From Klebsormidium nitens (lineage: Eukaryota > Plantae > Klebsormidiophyceae), in contig DF237064.1 in the NCBI GenBank assembly GCA_000708835.1, positions 127,718 to 191,717 on the forward strand: a stretch of DNA of 64,000 nucleotides, given 5' to 3'. The translations under genes were made by a program, and so were the position numbers. Positions 1-13,900 of the stretch are shown here, in pieces. The notes under the pieces are model-generated. The model was not told where the DNA came from, searched no databases, and was given only the letters and a program-made list of their open reading frames with translations. Each line of letters starts with the position of its first letter. The stretch's first letter is position 1.

Positions 1-3000
1 CGCTTCCTGACCCGCAATATTAGCAACACTCCTGCCTGGTGCCTCACCTTGGGAAAGCCGAACATTGTCGTAAGGATCGCACAATTCAGCGGGGGCAGTT
101 TGCCCCACCGGTTGCCAGACGCAATGTGCTGGTCGAGAGCCAACAAGTCGGAGACGACTCGAGTGGGGGAGGACGATTGGGCGGTCAGGGCGCGTGCAAG
201 CGCCCGGCAGACCTGGACAAGGGAGAAACAACAGAAAAAGACCTTGGTTCATTCGAAAAACAAGTTTGCCAAGCCGGTTGTCTGATAAAATGTGCTGGTC
301 GAAAACCAAGAGGTCGGGATCAACCCGAGAAGGGGAGAACGATTGGGCGATGAGCACACGCGCATCCGCCCAGCAGACCTGGAGAAAGGGAACCCACAAC
401 GGTGTTTGTGGTTCCAAGGGGCCAAGTCTCCTGAGAAGTTTCCGTTTGTTTGACGTAGATTGCTGATCCCGAAAGTCCCGAAAGGTCTGAAAGGGCTGTT
501 GGTTCTGAAGATTTTTGGGGAAACGGACGACTAAGTACTGTGTGCGTCCTTGCTCAAAAGCGTCGCAGACCCTGGGCTTTGAAGAACAGTACTAAATCTA
601 TAAACCCGAAGCAACACTGGAGAAGCTGGAATAGAGGAGAGGCGTGTTCAGCTTGCTAGAGCAACCGGCCAGCGAGCTAACCAACGGCCAGACCAAGGTT
701 TCTCCCGGCCAGGCCCAGTTGATTTTATTTCCCCCCGAAACGCGTGTTCAGCTTGCTAGAGCAACCGGGCAGCGAGCTAACCAACGGCCAGACCAAGGTT
801 TCTCCCGGCCAGGCCCAGTTGATTTTATTTCCCCCCGAAAGAGAAGCACCCTGTGGCTCCACCTCTTAACGTCCCCGCGCTTGTCCCTGAATTAGCTTCC
901 ACGATTCCACAAAGCCCGCTTTGCCGTTTGCACATCCCCTTCGTGAAACAAGTCTGCAAAGCCGCAGGGCTCCTGAACCTGCAAGTAGGGGCGACAATAT
1001 CGGAAAATTCGGGAGTTCAAAGCCGATTTCTACCCCTTTCGCTTCAGATATGGACGATCGCACTAACCTCCTTCTCATAAGTGCCCAGACGGCCGCAGCT
1101 GGCCACGAGCGCAGCGATCACGCCTCCCCGGTTCTCCCGCAGCAGCTGCGGGAAGTGCTCCTCGAGTTCCTCCGCGGCAGCTCTCACCTGCGGATATAAC
1201 TGAATGTTAACCAGACCTCGGCAAGAGTTCCTGCATACATCAGGCCTGCGAGAGTTGGATGGGGGTTCGAAACGACTTCCGAATCCCAAGGACCGAAAGT
1301 TCCGCAAGCAAATGCCGAAACTCGGAGCGGTGGAAGACCCGACGTGATGACTCGCTTGCAAAAATAGTTGTGCCTCTCCTGCAAGAGCGACGCAATGACC
1401 AGAACGCTGTTCATTGACCAGAAACATTGCAAGTCAGATCATATTATCTGTTGCTTGAAACAATCCTGGGAAAATATGTGTAGTGACAGGAGCGATACTA
1501 TGTCTCGTATGATGGCTCAAATGGGAGAGAGCTCTTGCGGACCAAATGCGCGCCTACTTGGCAGAAGCAAAGCGACTCTAAGAAAAAGCTTCGTAGGAGC
1601 CCCATACACATGGATCTACAGTGATACCAGATGCGAGCCTACCAGATCGGCGCCGTGGGCTGCGGCAAACATGGCCTGGAGCACGAAGTTGGCGGACGGA
1701 TGCAGCGCCAGGTCTTTCAAACTGCCCCGGAAGAAACGGTCAAAGAACTCGCTTTGAAGGCGGGGCGGAGAAACCTTGACAATCACCTGCGGAGAAAGAC
1801 ATGGGTTGGTGAGGTGGTTAAGCGAAATCGAATCAAGCCGTTGAATTGGAGCCTGGAAGCTCTTTCAGGCTGCCACGGAAGGAGGCATAAACAGCGCGGC
1901 CTGGAGGTCAGGCGGGGACAATTTCACGATGACCTGAACAAACGAAGCTTCTGCTACTTGTGGCTTTCGATCTAGACTTCTGTCGTTTGTTTTCAAAGGT
2001 TCCTATGGATGACCCAGGGTCTCGCCATAGTCCTTAGTTAGCTGTTCCTGTCTATATCTATTTTACTCGTAAGTTAACGGGAATTGATGCAAATTCAGCG
2101 GCGTCGAAGCAGTCCGTTGAGCGGATCGTGCAACTGCCTGCTTGAGAAACGGCCCAACACCAGCAATGCCGTGTACGTATCGGTGTGAAAGATTGGATGG
2201 TAATTATCAATCACGTCCCGAACAGGAATTTCGCACCTCCGAAAGACAGGTGCCAGACCGAGTCAGAACAGGAGAATTGCAACTCTGAATAATGAAAGCC
2301 AGAGTGGTTGAGAGAGAAGTGAATCAAACAAAGAATTGTCCAAGCAGCCGAGAACAGGCTCACCTCGACCAGGTGGCTGCCGCTTCGCTCGCGCATCAGC
2401 TCCGCGACTTCGTCAGGGTCGGCGCTCGCGAGAACCTCGCCTGGTCTAGTTGTGATGACCTCCTCGGGGCAGCCCAGAAAGGCGCGCACCATTCGTTCGA
2501 GCGGAACTTCTTGACCCTCAAGAGCGAGAAGAATGGCCTGCCGAGAAAAGATAAAATACTCAAGGCGAGGGCTTTTGTGCATGGAGAAGCTGAGAATCAG
2601 GGGAGAGTTTGCGGAAGGGAGCGTTGCAGATAGAGAAGCTGGGGACGAAGGGAAAGGTGAAGGCTGGGGCCTTTGCAGATGAAGAAGCTAAGAGCGAAGG
2701 AAGAACTAAAGGCTGGAGGCTCCGCAGATAGAGTACGATCGGCTGCAGTCCTGAGATAGACGATACCGTTCAACTTTCTCGTGAAGTTATTCCCTCCAAA
2801 GCCAGTCCGGATAGTGTGCAACAGACGAGGGCCACTGCTTCCTCGGAAACGAGAGGAGTTGCAAGAAAAAACAAAAGCCTCCGAAAATGCAATGTGAAGA
2901 TCGATTGGCTTAAAATGCTGATCTTGACGATTTTCTTTTTATCAAGAGAATATGCTCTACTTTGAAGCTCAGGAGTCGAAACATTGGGATAAGTTACACA

Positions 3001-5284
3001 GCTGTCAGATCGGGACAAAGCCTAAGCGAAGACACTCGAACACGCATAGACCCACTGCTGATGTCAGTATCCCCCCAGAACAAGCGTCCAAACCACCCTG
3101 TGACTCCACGCGAGACCGATCCAGACAACCATAAACGAGTCAGCTATGCTTTCAGGACTGCCCGAATCAACGTAGACAAAAGATCGACCAACCTGCAGCC
3201 CCGGCCCTGCTGACGAGTCCAACCTCAGCTGCTTCACATGTGGCCCGGCCGCGGCAGCTATTCCCTCCGCAAACTGCGCCAGAAGCGCTGGAAACGGAGC
3301 CTCAACCGGCCTTTGCCCCCGGTTATTCCCTCTGGGCGCACGCTGCCCGTGCCCCAGGTGCTTGGATTGGCCCGGTTGAACGTCCCGGCCACTCAGAGTG
3401 GAGAGGATGCGCCGCAGGACGTGGCTCCCGTAGCGGTCGCAGAGGAGGTCGACAGCGGTAGCGCTGGCGGCCTGAAAATGCGAGCATGTCTTTGTTCCTC
3501 GACGAAATATGAGCATTGGTGAAGTGCCTTTTGAAAGCGTCCCAACTGCGACATGAGATTGCAGGGCTTCGACTAAGCAGGACTTGAAAGGTTGAGGCAA
3601 AAGGGGGACGTAAATCGGCAACTCGCAACTGAAGCGGGTAAGTACGGATTGCCGGATTCCAAAATCTTCCACCTCCTGCCACGAAAATGGCTAACACATT
3701 TTCCGTGCAAGCAATAGATATTGGAAGGAAATTACACTGAACATACAGAACCAAGAAGAATGCTAAAAACCGATGGCAATCACTACGAAGTCCCCCCCAT
3801 CGAAAGGCACCAAGTGAAGCCAGCGCCAAAGTACGCAGATGAAGGAGAGCATACTGAAGCAGACTACCGAAAAGAAAAGAACCTGCAAGGTTAGAATAGC
3901 GAGCCCCACCTTGCAGACAGCCGAAAGAGCCTGCCCCGCCGCCCCCACATCTCCATGCTGTTTGAGCGCTTGAAGCGCCGTTTCTATGATGTGGCTCCCA
4001 GAATGGTGGCGTGCCACGGCTTCAAAATGGTCCCCGCATAGGCCAGTTAGAAAGGACAGGAGGCTCGGCAGCTCCGCTGACGTCAGCAAGGCCTCGAGTG
4101 TGCGGCCACAGGAGGCGTCGCACGCGAGGGCCGCCTGGGGGGAGGAGAACTTCCTTTGAGATTCACTTATTTCCCATTTCTCCACAGCAGCCTTGTCGTT
4201 GTATCCAGAACTTTGACTCTTGCATATTCAAGCAGGAGTTTCTTGCGTACCTTTCTTAGTACGCCTCTGCAGACTGACCTCTGAAGTGCTGGCCAGCTGA
4301 TCATGATTGAGGTTTGAGCCGTCTGTTTGCATAATCAAGATGTGGTGTCTTTCTTTTGTTGGTGCAATAACTCTCTTCCTTTCCACACGATGCACAATTC
4401 CTGGCATTCAACGAAGCATGGAGACCGATTCACCAGGAAAGAATGCATCCATCCCCTCGCTCCCGCTGCCCTCAGCTCTTCCGCCCCAAAATACTCAATA
4501 TATCCATTGGTGGTAATGGATGCAGCAAAACTGTTATAAGCTGAATCAATGAAAACGTGCATGTGTAGCTGTTGATACGAATGGCTCATACCTCGCTTCC
4601 TTGTGCTTCTTCCAGCCCGTTGTTGCAAAGGATCGTCAGCTCTGTAGAGGACAAGTAACAACAAGAATGAAAGAGGTCAAGAACTGCGATGGCTTAGGCT
4701 GTCTCTGGGGCAAATCCCACTTCTGCAAGAAAGTTTCAAAAATAAAGGGTCCCCTGACACAAGCAAATAAATGTAAGGAGAAAACGGAGCACAGCTATTA
4801 GATATCACTTCAGCATTCATGAGGAAAAACACACGTCCAACACCAGAGGGGGTGGACACAAGTCGTAAAATCTTTAATCAAAGTGGTCAGTAACAATGAT
4901 CATCATGGCCAGAAAGAGTGGTGGTTAAGCGGTCCGCACACATAGGTTAAACCACCACCTCAATCAACATGCATTGTTTTTCGTCGACGCTTCGCAAAGA
5001 GTCTCACCCTCTGGATCTTTGATGGTCCCATTTGGCCCAACAAGTGGCGCAATCTCCTGGAAATACTGCCGCAAATCTGCATTCAATTTTAAGCCCTCGC
5101 CCAGCACTGGGTAACTCTCATTGTAACTGTTGTCCCACTCTTCGTTGACTCCTCTACAACCGCCAGCTTCATAGCCCTTCCCCTTTCCCTTTCCTCGAAA
5201 ATCTGAACGCCCTCCTTCAGGTTGGCCCCTGCCAGAGTACTCGCTGCGGGGACCAGCATTCTCTCTGCTCTTGTCACGCCCCAT
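1..5284 (-). CDS. APUM23: Nucleolar Pumilio-repeat protein (APUM23/NOP9-like), multi-exon, 3' end beyond the left window edge
   Basis: ATG at 5284. Exons include 5284-5008, ~4648-4590 (ELTILCNNGLEEAQGSE), ~4134-3910 (LACDASCGRTLEALL...HHSGSHIIETAL), ~3475-3190 (DRYGSHVLRRIL), ~2520-2362 (MRERSGSHLVE), ~1189-1068 and 212-48, with GT-AG junctions. Repeated GSH-x-x-E/R motifs are typical of Nop9/APUM23 Puf repeats. Confidence 0.82.
255..392 (-). repeat. Degenerate intronic copy of the acceptor site plus 5' part of APUM23 exon 212-48
   Basis: The copy reads ttctccag|GTCTGCTGGGCGGATGCGCGTGTGCTCATCGCCCAATCG (starts 378). The real exon reads ttgtccag|GTCTGCCGGGCGCTTGCACGCGCCCTGACCGCCCAATCG (starts 212). 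Similarity continues for ~120 nt. Confidence 0.85.
642..840. repeat. Near-perfect 2 x 100 bp tandem repeat in an APUM23 intron
   Basis: GCGTGTTCAGCTTGCTAGAG...TTTCCCCCCGAAA occurs at 642-740 and 742-840, with one substitution seen. Confidence 0.95.
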
Positions 5285-6238
5285 TCTTGCGTTAAAGTTC
5301 CCAGAACAAAACTAAAAACACTTCAACAGGTGGCACTGGCAGCCCCCTCTTTGTTGCCTTCCCCTCTTCGTTGCCTTGCCAATGCAAGTTGCACTTGCAG
5401 TCTCTGCGCCCAGAAACGCTGAACAGTGTTTAGGGTTTTCCAATCTGCGACTTCGAGCATATTAACTCATGAAACTTTGTGTGTACATACTTGAGGCTGA
5501 GCTGTTGCATCGTTTTGGATGCGCTGAAAAGCGGGTAAAAAGCGCAAAAGTGGAGCTATAGGGCTGCACATTCCACCCCCTCCAGGTGGAACCATCATCC
5601 AGGCGCCCGTTCCGGGAGGGAACTCCTTGTTGCAAGTATCCACCGCAGATGGTGCCAAGCCGCAGCGCCTGTGCTTGAGCAACCAACAGCAACTCAGGTG
5701 AGGGGCAGATATTTGCCGTCTAGCTTAGCAGTCGCCAGACGAGCAGGTAGGGTAGATACAATGCTTCCAGAATGCAGCAAAGAGACTCTCGTTGCTCTAG
5801 TTATTTGATTTCAGACTGAATCGAAGGTAAAACAAATGCGCGTTGATTTCCAGAATGGTCCACTTTTATCGCAGACATGGCTGGCGAATGGCCTCTAAGC
5901 AATGTCATTACAGAGCAATGCGTTTGCTATTCTGCATAGGCGCCAAGACAAGGATGAAAATCTGAAACCCTTTAGGACATATGCAGGCCAGGATTAAAAT
6001 TCCAGTCACCGACCAGCTACTCAAGCGAGCTTTGAGGCTCTTAGACCGCGGTCATCAACCAGATTTTGATGCATTGGAGCAAGTGCACAACAATTTGAAC
6101 CATTTTGAGAGATGAGACTTGCGTTCCAATGCTATCGTCTCCGATTGAACATTCTAATTTGCTGCCTCTTTGCAGGAGTTGCTTGCTGCATAGAGCTGCT
6201 CACTCGTGGCTTTAGCCTTTCATTAGTTTCTTGGAAAG

Positions 6239-7704
6239 ATGGCGGCAGCAGTAGCAGCCAGCAAGGGACTGGTTCTGGCCTCTCTTCCATGGGCTGCTAC
6301 CACTAAGGGGTCCTGTCTGAAGGGACTCCGTTGTCTGCCGCCACTGCCGGCACGCGGTCGTCGATCTCCCTGCTTGAAACGCTCAGCAGTGAAGCAGTGC
6401 CGCGCCGCCCTCCAGGAGGGCACAGAGCAGGGCCTGGAGCGTAGCTCCAGGACTTCAGAAGTCGTTGAACGGGTTGTGTCGGAAGCTGAGGTAGGGAGAC
6501 AATCTGCCTTCTAAGAGGGATCTTGCTGCAATGAAAGGAGTTGAAGCTTTCATTCTGGAGCACCTTGCATCATCATACTTTGTGGTTGTTGAGTCCGTGA
6601 AAATCCACATTACTGACCGAGCTTCAAGGACTCAGCACTGTTTGCATAGGTTGCTCTTGAAATTCTTGGGCCTCAAAGTCAGCAGTGAACCAGGCTGTCA
6701 CAATTCAGAGTGCTATTCAATCTTGCAGGCAGCGTCAAGTGGCTTCGCTGGGTTGCCCGCTGGGTTGACGATCTCATCAGCGGTGTGTTTGCTAGAGGTG
6801 AGTGAGAAACTCCCCCCACTATTTTCCTTCCTTCAATGCAGCACCTTCCTTGTATGTATGTTTTTGAGCGTCGAGGAAATTTTGTGTGGAATTTCAGCAA
6901 CATATTCCAGTCCGGATGCACCTTTGGGGGCAAAGTATCGCCGCCGCAATCACTTACCACTTCAGCTGTCTGACACAAATGTGTGGTCGTGACAGCTATT
7001 TGCCACTGGTGTGGCGGAAGCGAAGCATGCGCCCCAAGTGGACGCCGGAGCCTTCTTCACCAACTTGACCGTCGATGGGCTCATTGAGTGGACGCTCACG
7101 GTTGGAGCCTTGACGGTCTTCTACTTCCTGGTGGCTCCGGTACGACGAGCGCGCCCGTTTTGGTTTGTTGAGTATGCAACAGAGACTCTTTTCCTGATCT
7201 TGCAAGTCTTCTTCACAGTGTCCAAACCTTGCTTATTCCCAGCACGCAAGATCGGTGCTTTTTGGGGTGTCTTCTTGCACAGACATCGAACCAGCACCTG
7301 TGGTCCCACGGCCAATTTGATCGCATCAGTTCAATGTCTTCTGCAGCCTGTTCTGCTCACGTACTTCCTGAAGCGGTGGAAGAAGAAGCAACTCGCGGAG
7401 ACCATGTTCATGTTTGCAATGGTCTTCATCTTCTTCCCGGGGTAAGATCCGGTTCCATCTTCTGTCTCTTTGTCGTGGGACTTTCAACGATGGTCGAGCA
7501 GGGGTATATCTTGAAGCAGGTTGCAAGCATCTCGTTAGCTTCTTGTTTTTCCATTTGGAGGACTTTACTCACGATTTTACTCGTTTTCTTTGCAGCCTCA
7601 TGATCTGGGCACCCTTCATCAACACAAGGCCTTTCGCTAGGGCTACCGGAAGGTACACAGCGGAGACAGACAAGGCAGCATTCAGAGGAGACGAGTGGAG
7701 GTAG
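6239..7704 (+). CDS. ndhL: Chloroplast NDH complex subunit L with transit peptide, 4 exons
   Basis: Ala/Ser/Arg-rich N-terminus (MAAAVAASK...QCRAA). Spliced exons (6239-~6490, ~6996-7139, ~7348-7441, ~7596-7704) give YFLVAPPVLLTYFLKRWKKKQLAETMFMFAMVFIFFPGLMIWAPFINTRPFAR, matching the NdhL signature (..RW..F.FFPGL.LWAPF.N.R). Stop TAG at 7702-7704. Confidence 0.92.
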
Positions 7705-8899
7705 TATATGATGTCACTCGGTCACTTAGTACTTAATTGCGCGTAAGGAAGGGGTGATCCAAGAACTGTTCCATATTGGAAGCTGCACCATCTGGATTTG
7801 AAGGTCAGTTGTGGTTGCCCTGCAGACGCTTCTTATCGACCATTGACGGTAAACTGCGTCTTCATTCACCAGACTAATCAATACAAGGTGGTCGAACGGG
7901 CCTGTATAGCCAGCCAGCACCATATGACCAACCAAGCTACCTAGCGCGGCCGCCGTTTACTCATGTGCCTGCTGGCCTTGCCGCCTAGACGGAGCATTCT
8001 GCTGCTGCATATGCAACCCTAGCCGGCTGACTTTGTAACGAAGATTTGTTGACGCGGGCCACTGATGCTTCAGTGAAACAGATGTCAATGCATCTAGCTT
8101 GGGTCTGACACATTGAATGCTGTGATATGAGTCGGAGCCGCCCGGATTACTTGTGCGAAACCTTTGATCATTCTTGCTTCCGGCTCTGCCATTGGTATCA
8201 TTGGCCGCTTGCCGCTGCTGGCATGTCAGGCGTGTTGATCGCTACAAGCTGACAAAGTCGACTAAGACTGATAGCGCACATGTGCGAATCCGGCCTGATC
8301 ATTTGCACTTGATGCTAGTGCACGGGGGGGCCCAAGATCAACCGGCCAGCAATATTACTGCCATGCAGGCTGAGGGCCATCACAACAGACATGATTGCCG
8401 TCACTGTCTGATCGGCTAGGGAAGTTTCGATACGATCAATTTGTAACCACCTGGCATCTACCAATCGATCGACCGCATCTATGATCCTGCATATACTGAT
8501 TCCAGCTAGAAAAGAGGTGCGCATGTGGCACCCAAGCAGCAGCCCGCGCAGACGGTCCTTTAATCCGAATCGACTGAATCAATTGATGACCCAAGTCAAA
8601 CACCATATATAGAGTCTTGAACTGGTGCCCTTAAGTGACGTGATCATCCAAATTAGCTGTGTCAGTATAGATTCATGAAAAAAATACTTATGTTCAGGCC
8701 TGCATAAGACGTATGTTTTTCAGGTATGACCCGGAGCACCCGGAGCCGCCCCAAAGGCAGTTAGGCTTATTGGCTACCACTATACAACGACTGAAAAGAC
8801 GAAGACCTACACTTCCTCTACCAAGGAGCCTTCGCATAACAACTCGTCCCACGAGATGCGAAGGCACCCTCCTGCAGACTGATCGGGCACTACAAACGG

Positions 8900-10121
8900 C
8901 TACCGACCTCGCGGGGCTGCCATCTGTTTTAAATGCTGAAGAGCTTTATTCTGAATCCATTTCCGGTCACATGGAATATAAGCACTCAGCTCCTCGTCGA
9001 GACTGCACAACAGACAACAATTGCGGTTGAGCTTTCACAGATCGTCTTGTTGGCACCAGTTTCCTTAATAGCATTGAAGATTCACCAAACCTGCCAACTG
9101 TACGTGTTTGAAGAGAGGTGGTTGCTGGCTCAAGGGCACAAGCAACTTGCGACCATAAGATGGAAACAGTACGACCGAGAGTCATGTCATCAGGATAACA
9201 CAAGTAAGAGAAACGGATGGAGAACTTACACGAGGGCACTGATATCATACAGGCTGTCGATATATCCTGCGGAAGGGCCGGCAGAGGAGTAAGGTGAGGG
9301 GGGTCACCTCAAAACCACGGACTCCACAGAGATGAAGGAACCAGGAAATGAGGTCCAGGTTGGATTGGCTCACCAGTATCTTGTTTTGCTTTCTGGACGA
9401 TTTTAGATCCAGCGGAGCCATCAAAAGAAGCCTGTGGCACACTTGAAGCACTCAATCTGAAGCCCAACGTTTGTGTATGCGAAGGACGTGTCCTGATGAG
9501 GAAACTTCAGAAGCATCTTCATTGGAGTGCGGTTAAAGTAACTAGAGCAATGGAAGGGGCATACCAACGAGGGTATTGCAGCTTGTGAATTGCAGACGCA
9601 GTTATGTGGGCAAGGGGCTGTGTGTGACGTCCACTCACCGAACAGGTCGGAAACATCGTAAGTAATATTCCGCACGTTGGGGCTTCTTTCTTTTAGAAGT
9701 TTCTCAAATCTTGCACATAGGGCATCCATGGCTGCACTGATGGTATCATGCGATTCCCAGGTGCGAGACCCTTGGGCCTTTTGTAGCTGATACAACATGA
9801 TTGTGTGGCCATTACTTGAGGACCCCTGCACAGCAGAGGGGGACAACAATCTGTTCAACAGAAAGCAGGAATTCAATCGACTCTGCCCGTACAGCTCAAT
9901 GCTTGCTGTCAGCTGCGTCTGCAGTACAAGACGCAAAAACTGTTTGCACACAGATGAGGCATTGTGTAGCAAAATCCTAAACCACCTGTCACATCCAGAA
10001 GTGCCTCAAAAGCATTTCTTGGGCCTGATAGAGTGTTGGCCACACAAACAGCCACATGCTCAAAAGGTGAGCAGGATGTTGAAAACCTTGTGTTACATGA
10101 CCTTTAGGTTGGGCTTACCAT
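8900..10121 (-). CDS. ERH: Enhancer of rudimentary homolog, 4 exons
   Basis: The first exon is ATG only (10121-10119, then gtaagc). Spliced product: MGSSSNGHTIMLYQLQKAQGSRTWESHDTISAAMDALCARFEKLLKERSPNVRNITYDVSDLFGYIDSLYDISALVLDEELSAYIPCDRKWIQNKALQHLKQMAAPRGR*, which matches the ERH family throughout. Confidence 0.95.
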
Positions 10122-10983
10122 TTTGCAGCGACTATGCGCCACCCGCAGATTGGGGCGCTGTGTTGAAGCTGACACCCTTGCCTCGTGGACTTCAAAGCTG
10201 CTCGGAGGCTGCAGCAGAAGCCTAAGGCAACTACGGTACTCTTGTCAATCCGTCCACCCTCACACACTTCGGGCACTGCTGTTCTGCTCGAGTTCTCAGG
10301 TTGTGGGAAAGCTGTGGAACATATGGAGCTCTTCTTGTGAACGTGCAAGACAGACACAGCGAAACGCCTAACCTTTACGTGCGGTTAGCCTAACCAGCCC
10401 GCGCCGCTGGTAACAGAATCCACCCGGAACACTCAACCGGGAAGCTGCCGCAGGACATCTCGAGGTCGGCAAACCCACCAGTGGCTGCCCTACGTTTCAC
10501 ACGATCGCCGTCGCAACAGAACAGGTTCGAAATGGTCAAGGGAACGAGAGCGACCATGCATCATGCAAGCTAGGGTTGAAAGCCACGAGAGAATCAGCTC
10601 GCAGAGTTGCAGCTGGAGGAGTGGTTGAAACATCGATGGCTGCGCAATGGCGGTGACGCACGTAGCTATTTGGAAGCTCTGCTAGCGAGCGGCATACATT
10701 CTCCTTGAGAACAGTTGATGGCAGGTGGTGGTCAGGGGCAAATCCGAAGGGCGCAGTGTATGACCTGTGAAAGAACGCAAGGTCCAAAAGCGACCTTATT
10801 GACTGCACCTGCAAACCAGCAGAAAATCATCTAGAGCACTTTCCTCGTGCTTTTCCTGATCAGGATTCCCTATCTAAGCAGTCTGATGCACATCAAAGGG
10901 GGGCCTAGCACCTTGCGGTGCATTACCAAAAGTTTCCTTTGTAGCTAGTGAGCTGGCTCCCAGCTGCAAAACCCCTCAGCATA

Positions 10984-13900
10984 ATGCACCTCTCCGCTGT
11001 GTCTTGTCTTGGGGTTGGGGCCCTCACATATTCCATCTCCCCAGCATGGCTCCTTTTTGGAGCTCTGTTTGCCACCCTGTGGGACCATTTTAGGAGTCCG
11101 GCGGCAGGCCAAACCCTACTCACTTTAATCTTCCCCTTTGTTAGCTGGCTATCTTTTCGGCTCAGTCTGATCCTCGCCTTGCTGGTACACGAATGGGCCC
11201 ACCTATTGGCGAGACTCCTCCTCCAAAGCAGAAGCTGTCTTCCTGCTGACGTTGGTGAAGCTCCGAAGCGCACAGCTGACGTCAGAAGCGCCGATTGGCG
11301 CGCCAACGTGAACCTCCGGGACTGGTGTCAGTGCTTGCTGCCATGGCGGCCCATGCCGCGAGGCATGACACCACACGTTTGTGGTCCCAGCTCAACCAGA
11401 TCAGGGGGTTCTGCTCAAGGGGGCTGGAGGGACGCCTGCGTGCGCGGGTTTGGGTGGCTTGCAAGCGCTGTGTTCTGTGTTGGAAGCTGGAGCGTGAGAG
11501 GGTCGCTGGGGCCAGTGGGCGATTCCTTGCAGGAAGAGCTGTTTCAGGTGGGCTGACGGATTGAATCCAATGTGACATCATGCCATTGCTACTACTGCCA
11601 CAGCTGTTCTGGGGTTGTTCTTTCTGGATACATTCAACTGAATTAGCTTGAAAAAGTAAAGACAATGCCAATACCAGCTGAATTGGCTCCACAGTGCACC
11701 ATTTGCTGTAAATATCCTGAGATACTCGGTGTCCATTTGATCCTTGGTGTCTAATGTCCAGGTTTAATGCAATGGCTTCCCCCATCTCTGGATTCTTTGG
11801 ACCCATTTCGTCTTGGCACCGAGGAGAGCCACTCTCATTCATGTCGCTCTCTTTCAGAGATTGCCAGCATCCATACTTGCTGAAAGACACTCGAGGCCAA
11901 TCCAGCCAGCATTTATATTTTGCCTGCTTGTGCTGTCCAGGTACCCAACATGTTTGCCCATCAATTGTTTTCACCGCGGGATCTAGAGTTGTCCTCTCCC
12001 TTGTCCCCTGTCTTCTTGCCAGGCACATTCGCTTAAGCTTTCGAGAACGAGCACATCAAGCATTTGCTCCGTGATAAGTATGCCCGTGACAAGAGGAGTG
12101 CTGAACCGACAGTGAGGTACTCAGTAAAGGTCGACCACTCCTTGCCAGGCCTGTTCCATTGTCCTGCTCTGCTCCACCCTAACGGACCTGTGCGAGATGC
12201 TGGGGCTGGCGCCGTCAAAGGCGGGCGTCTACCGCTGCGGCAACTTTGGGCTGCTTGTGGCAGGCGCAGTGGAGGGTGCCCGCTCCCGGGGGCTTGACTG
12301 CCTCCGCGTGTTGCAAGATATGGCTGCTATTTCCACGCAGGTGCGTGACAACCCTCTGGACGCGATCCCATCGACAGAATTTGTTTTAGATGACTTTAAT
12401 TGCCCGAGATACTGCCAATCAATTGTTCATTTATCTTATCTCGCGAGCTCTGTCCGGCGCAGCCGACGAGCTTCTATTCGAAGATCAGGGCACTCAGTTG
12501 ATCTTAGGTATTCGGAGTCTCCTTGGTATGGGTCAAGCTCCATGAAGATCAGCCGAGGTTTGTTGGCTGCAGCAGCTGTATGTGGAAGATGAGCTAGGTT
12601 TGTTTCTGGCTTGCGCTGGGCATAACAAGTAATGCGGTCTAATTCAACTCCGAAATCGCAGGTCCTTGCTTCTGCCTCTCGCGTACAGATTTGCCTGAAC
12701 TACCCTGCGAACGCTATCTTGTTCGTGCCCTTCACTTTAATCCAGGGTGCGCGACTCTGATGTTTGAAATAGCCACGTACTTCCGAATTGCCTGTTAATG
12801 CTGCTTGTGCAAATGATTGGTCCACAGGCAGAGACCTGTTTCCATCGCTTCCCACTCTCGACAATGAACTTAAATTCAGGGAAGCTCGATTCTAACAGCC
12901 ATTTTACAAGTAGGACTCCTGAACAGGAGGATAAGCTGGTCAAAAGAAACAAGACGCAAGAACAATCAAGGTGTCCAGCATCCCTAGTCAGTCAAACTGC
13001 AAACCATTGTGTGGGTTGATCGCATGGGTTGACGTTGGCCGCCCTTTTCATGATCCAGCGTGGCGGCCAGTCTGGGGGACTGGTGACGTTGATCCAGTCG
13101 GAGGGGGGCCAAGTAAAGGGGCTGCGCGAGCGGGTGTGCCCAACCAAGCGCCAACACCTGGCCGTGCTGGTGAGACGCCAAGTCGATGCCCACGTCGACA
13201 TTCCACGTTCTGAAAATTTGAACGTTTTCAATTTCAGGTTTCGGCGTTGCAAGTGCAGAATAGGTCGCAGCTGCCAAAAGGCTGCTACTCCATATGCAAC
13301 GTTCCCTACTACGCTGTAATTTAGCTTCATGTGATGACGGCCTTTGGACTTCAGGGCTTCGAAGTTGAGTTGTGGAAGATCGGATCCGGGGACTACGTCC
13401 TATAGATTCTCCTCTCATTTGATTACCCGCAAATATTTCAGACGAATTACCAAACGAAGACGCAAGTCGGTTTCTCATGGATCAAACCGCAAAATTAGCA
13501 GCTGAATAGAGACCGTCAGGTCATTAGTTATTGACACGCGACTTCGGCTGCGTGTTGGATTCTGAGATTGTCCGAAAAGAAGGAAGCTCAAAGCTCTCGG
13601 AGCTTTGGCTAGGTCACAATTCTGATTCATGAGCAATTTTAGGGATGCTAAACCAATTAGAAAAAGAAGCAGAAGAAGAAGACTACGAGATTGAAGAGCT
13701 AGAGGACGACCCTCCAGAGTGCTCCACCCTGAGCAGACTACTTGTGTGCTGTCTTGTTTCGCATGTTCTATCTTCTGAGCGCTTTTTGTCCTCCTCAGCT
13801 GGCGGCACGTTTCCGGCGGAAGCTGGGCTGGGCCAGCCTGTGGCAGTGGCTGCGCCGTCTGCTGCTCTGGTGGCGACCGACCGGGAAGAGCGCCCCGGGC

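Noticed and set aside
6531-6992. 153-aa ORF within ndhL
   Set aside because: It lies in the first intron; NdhL splices in frame around it and the ORF has no recognisable similarity.
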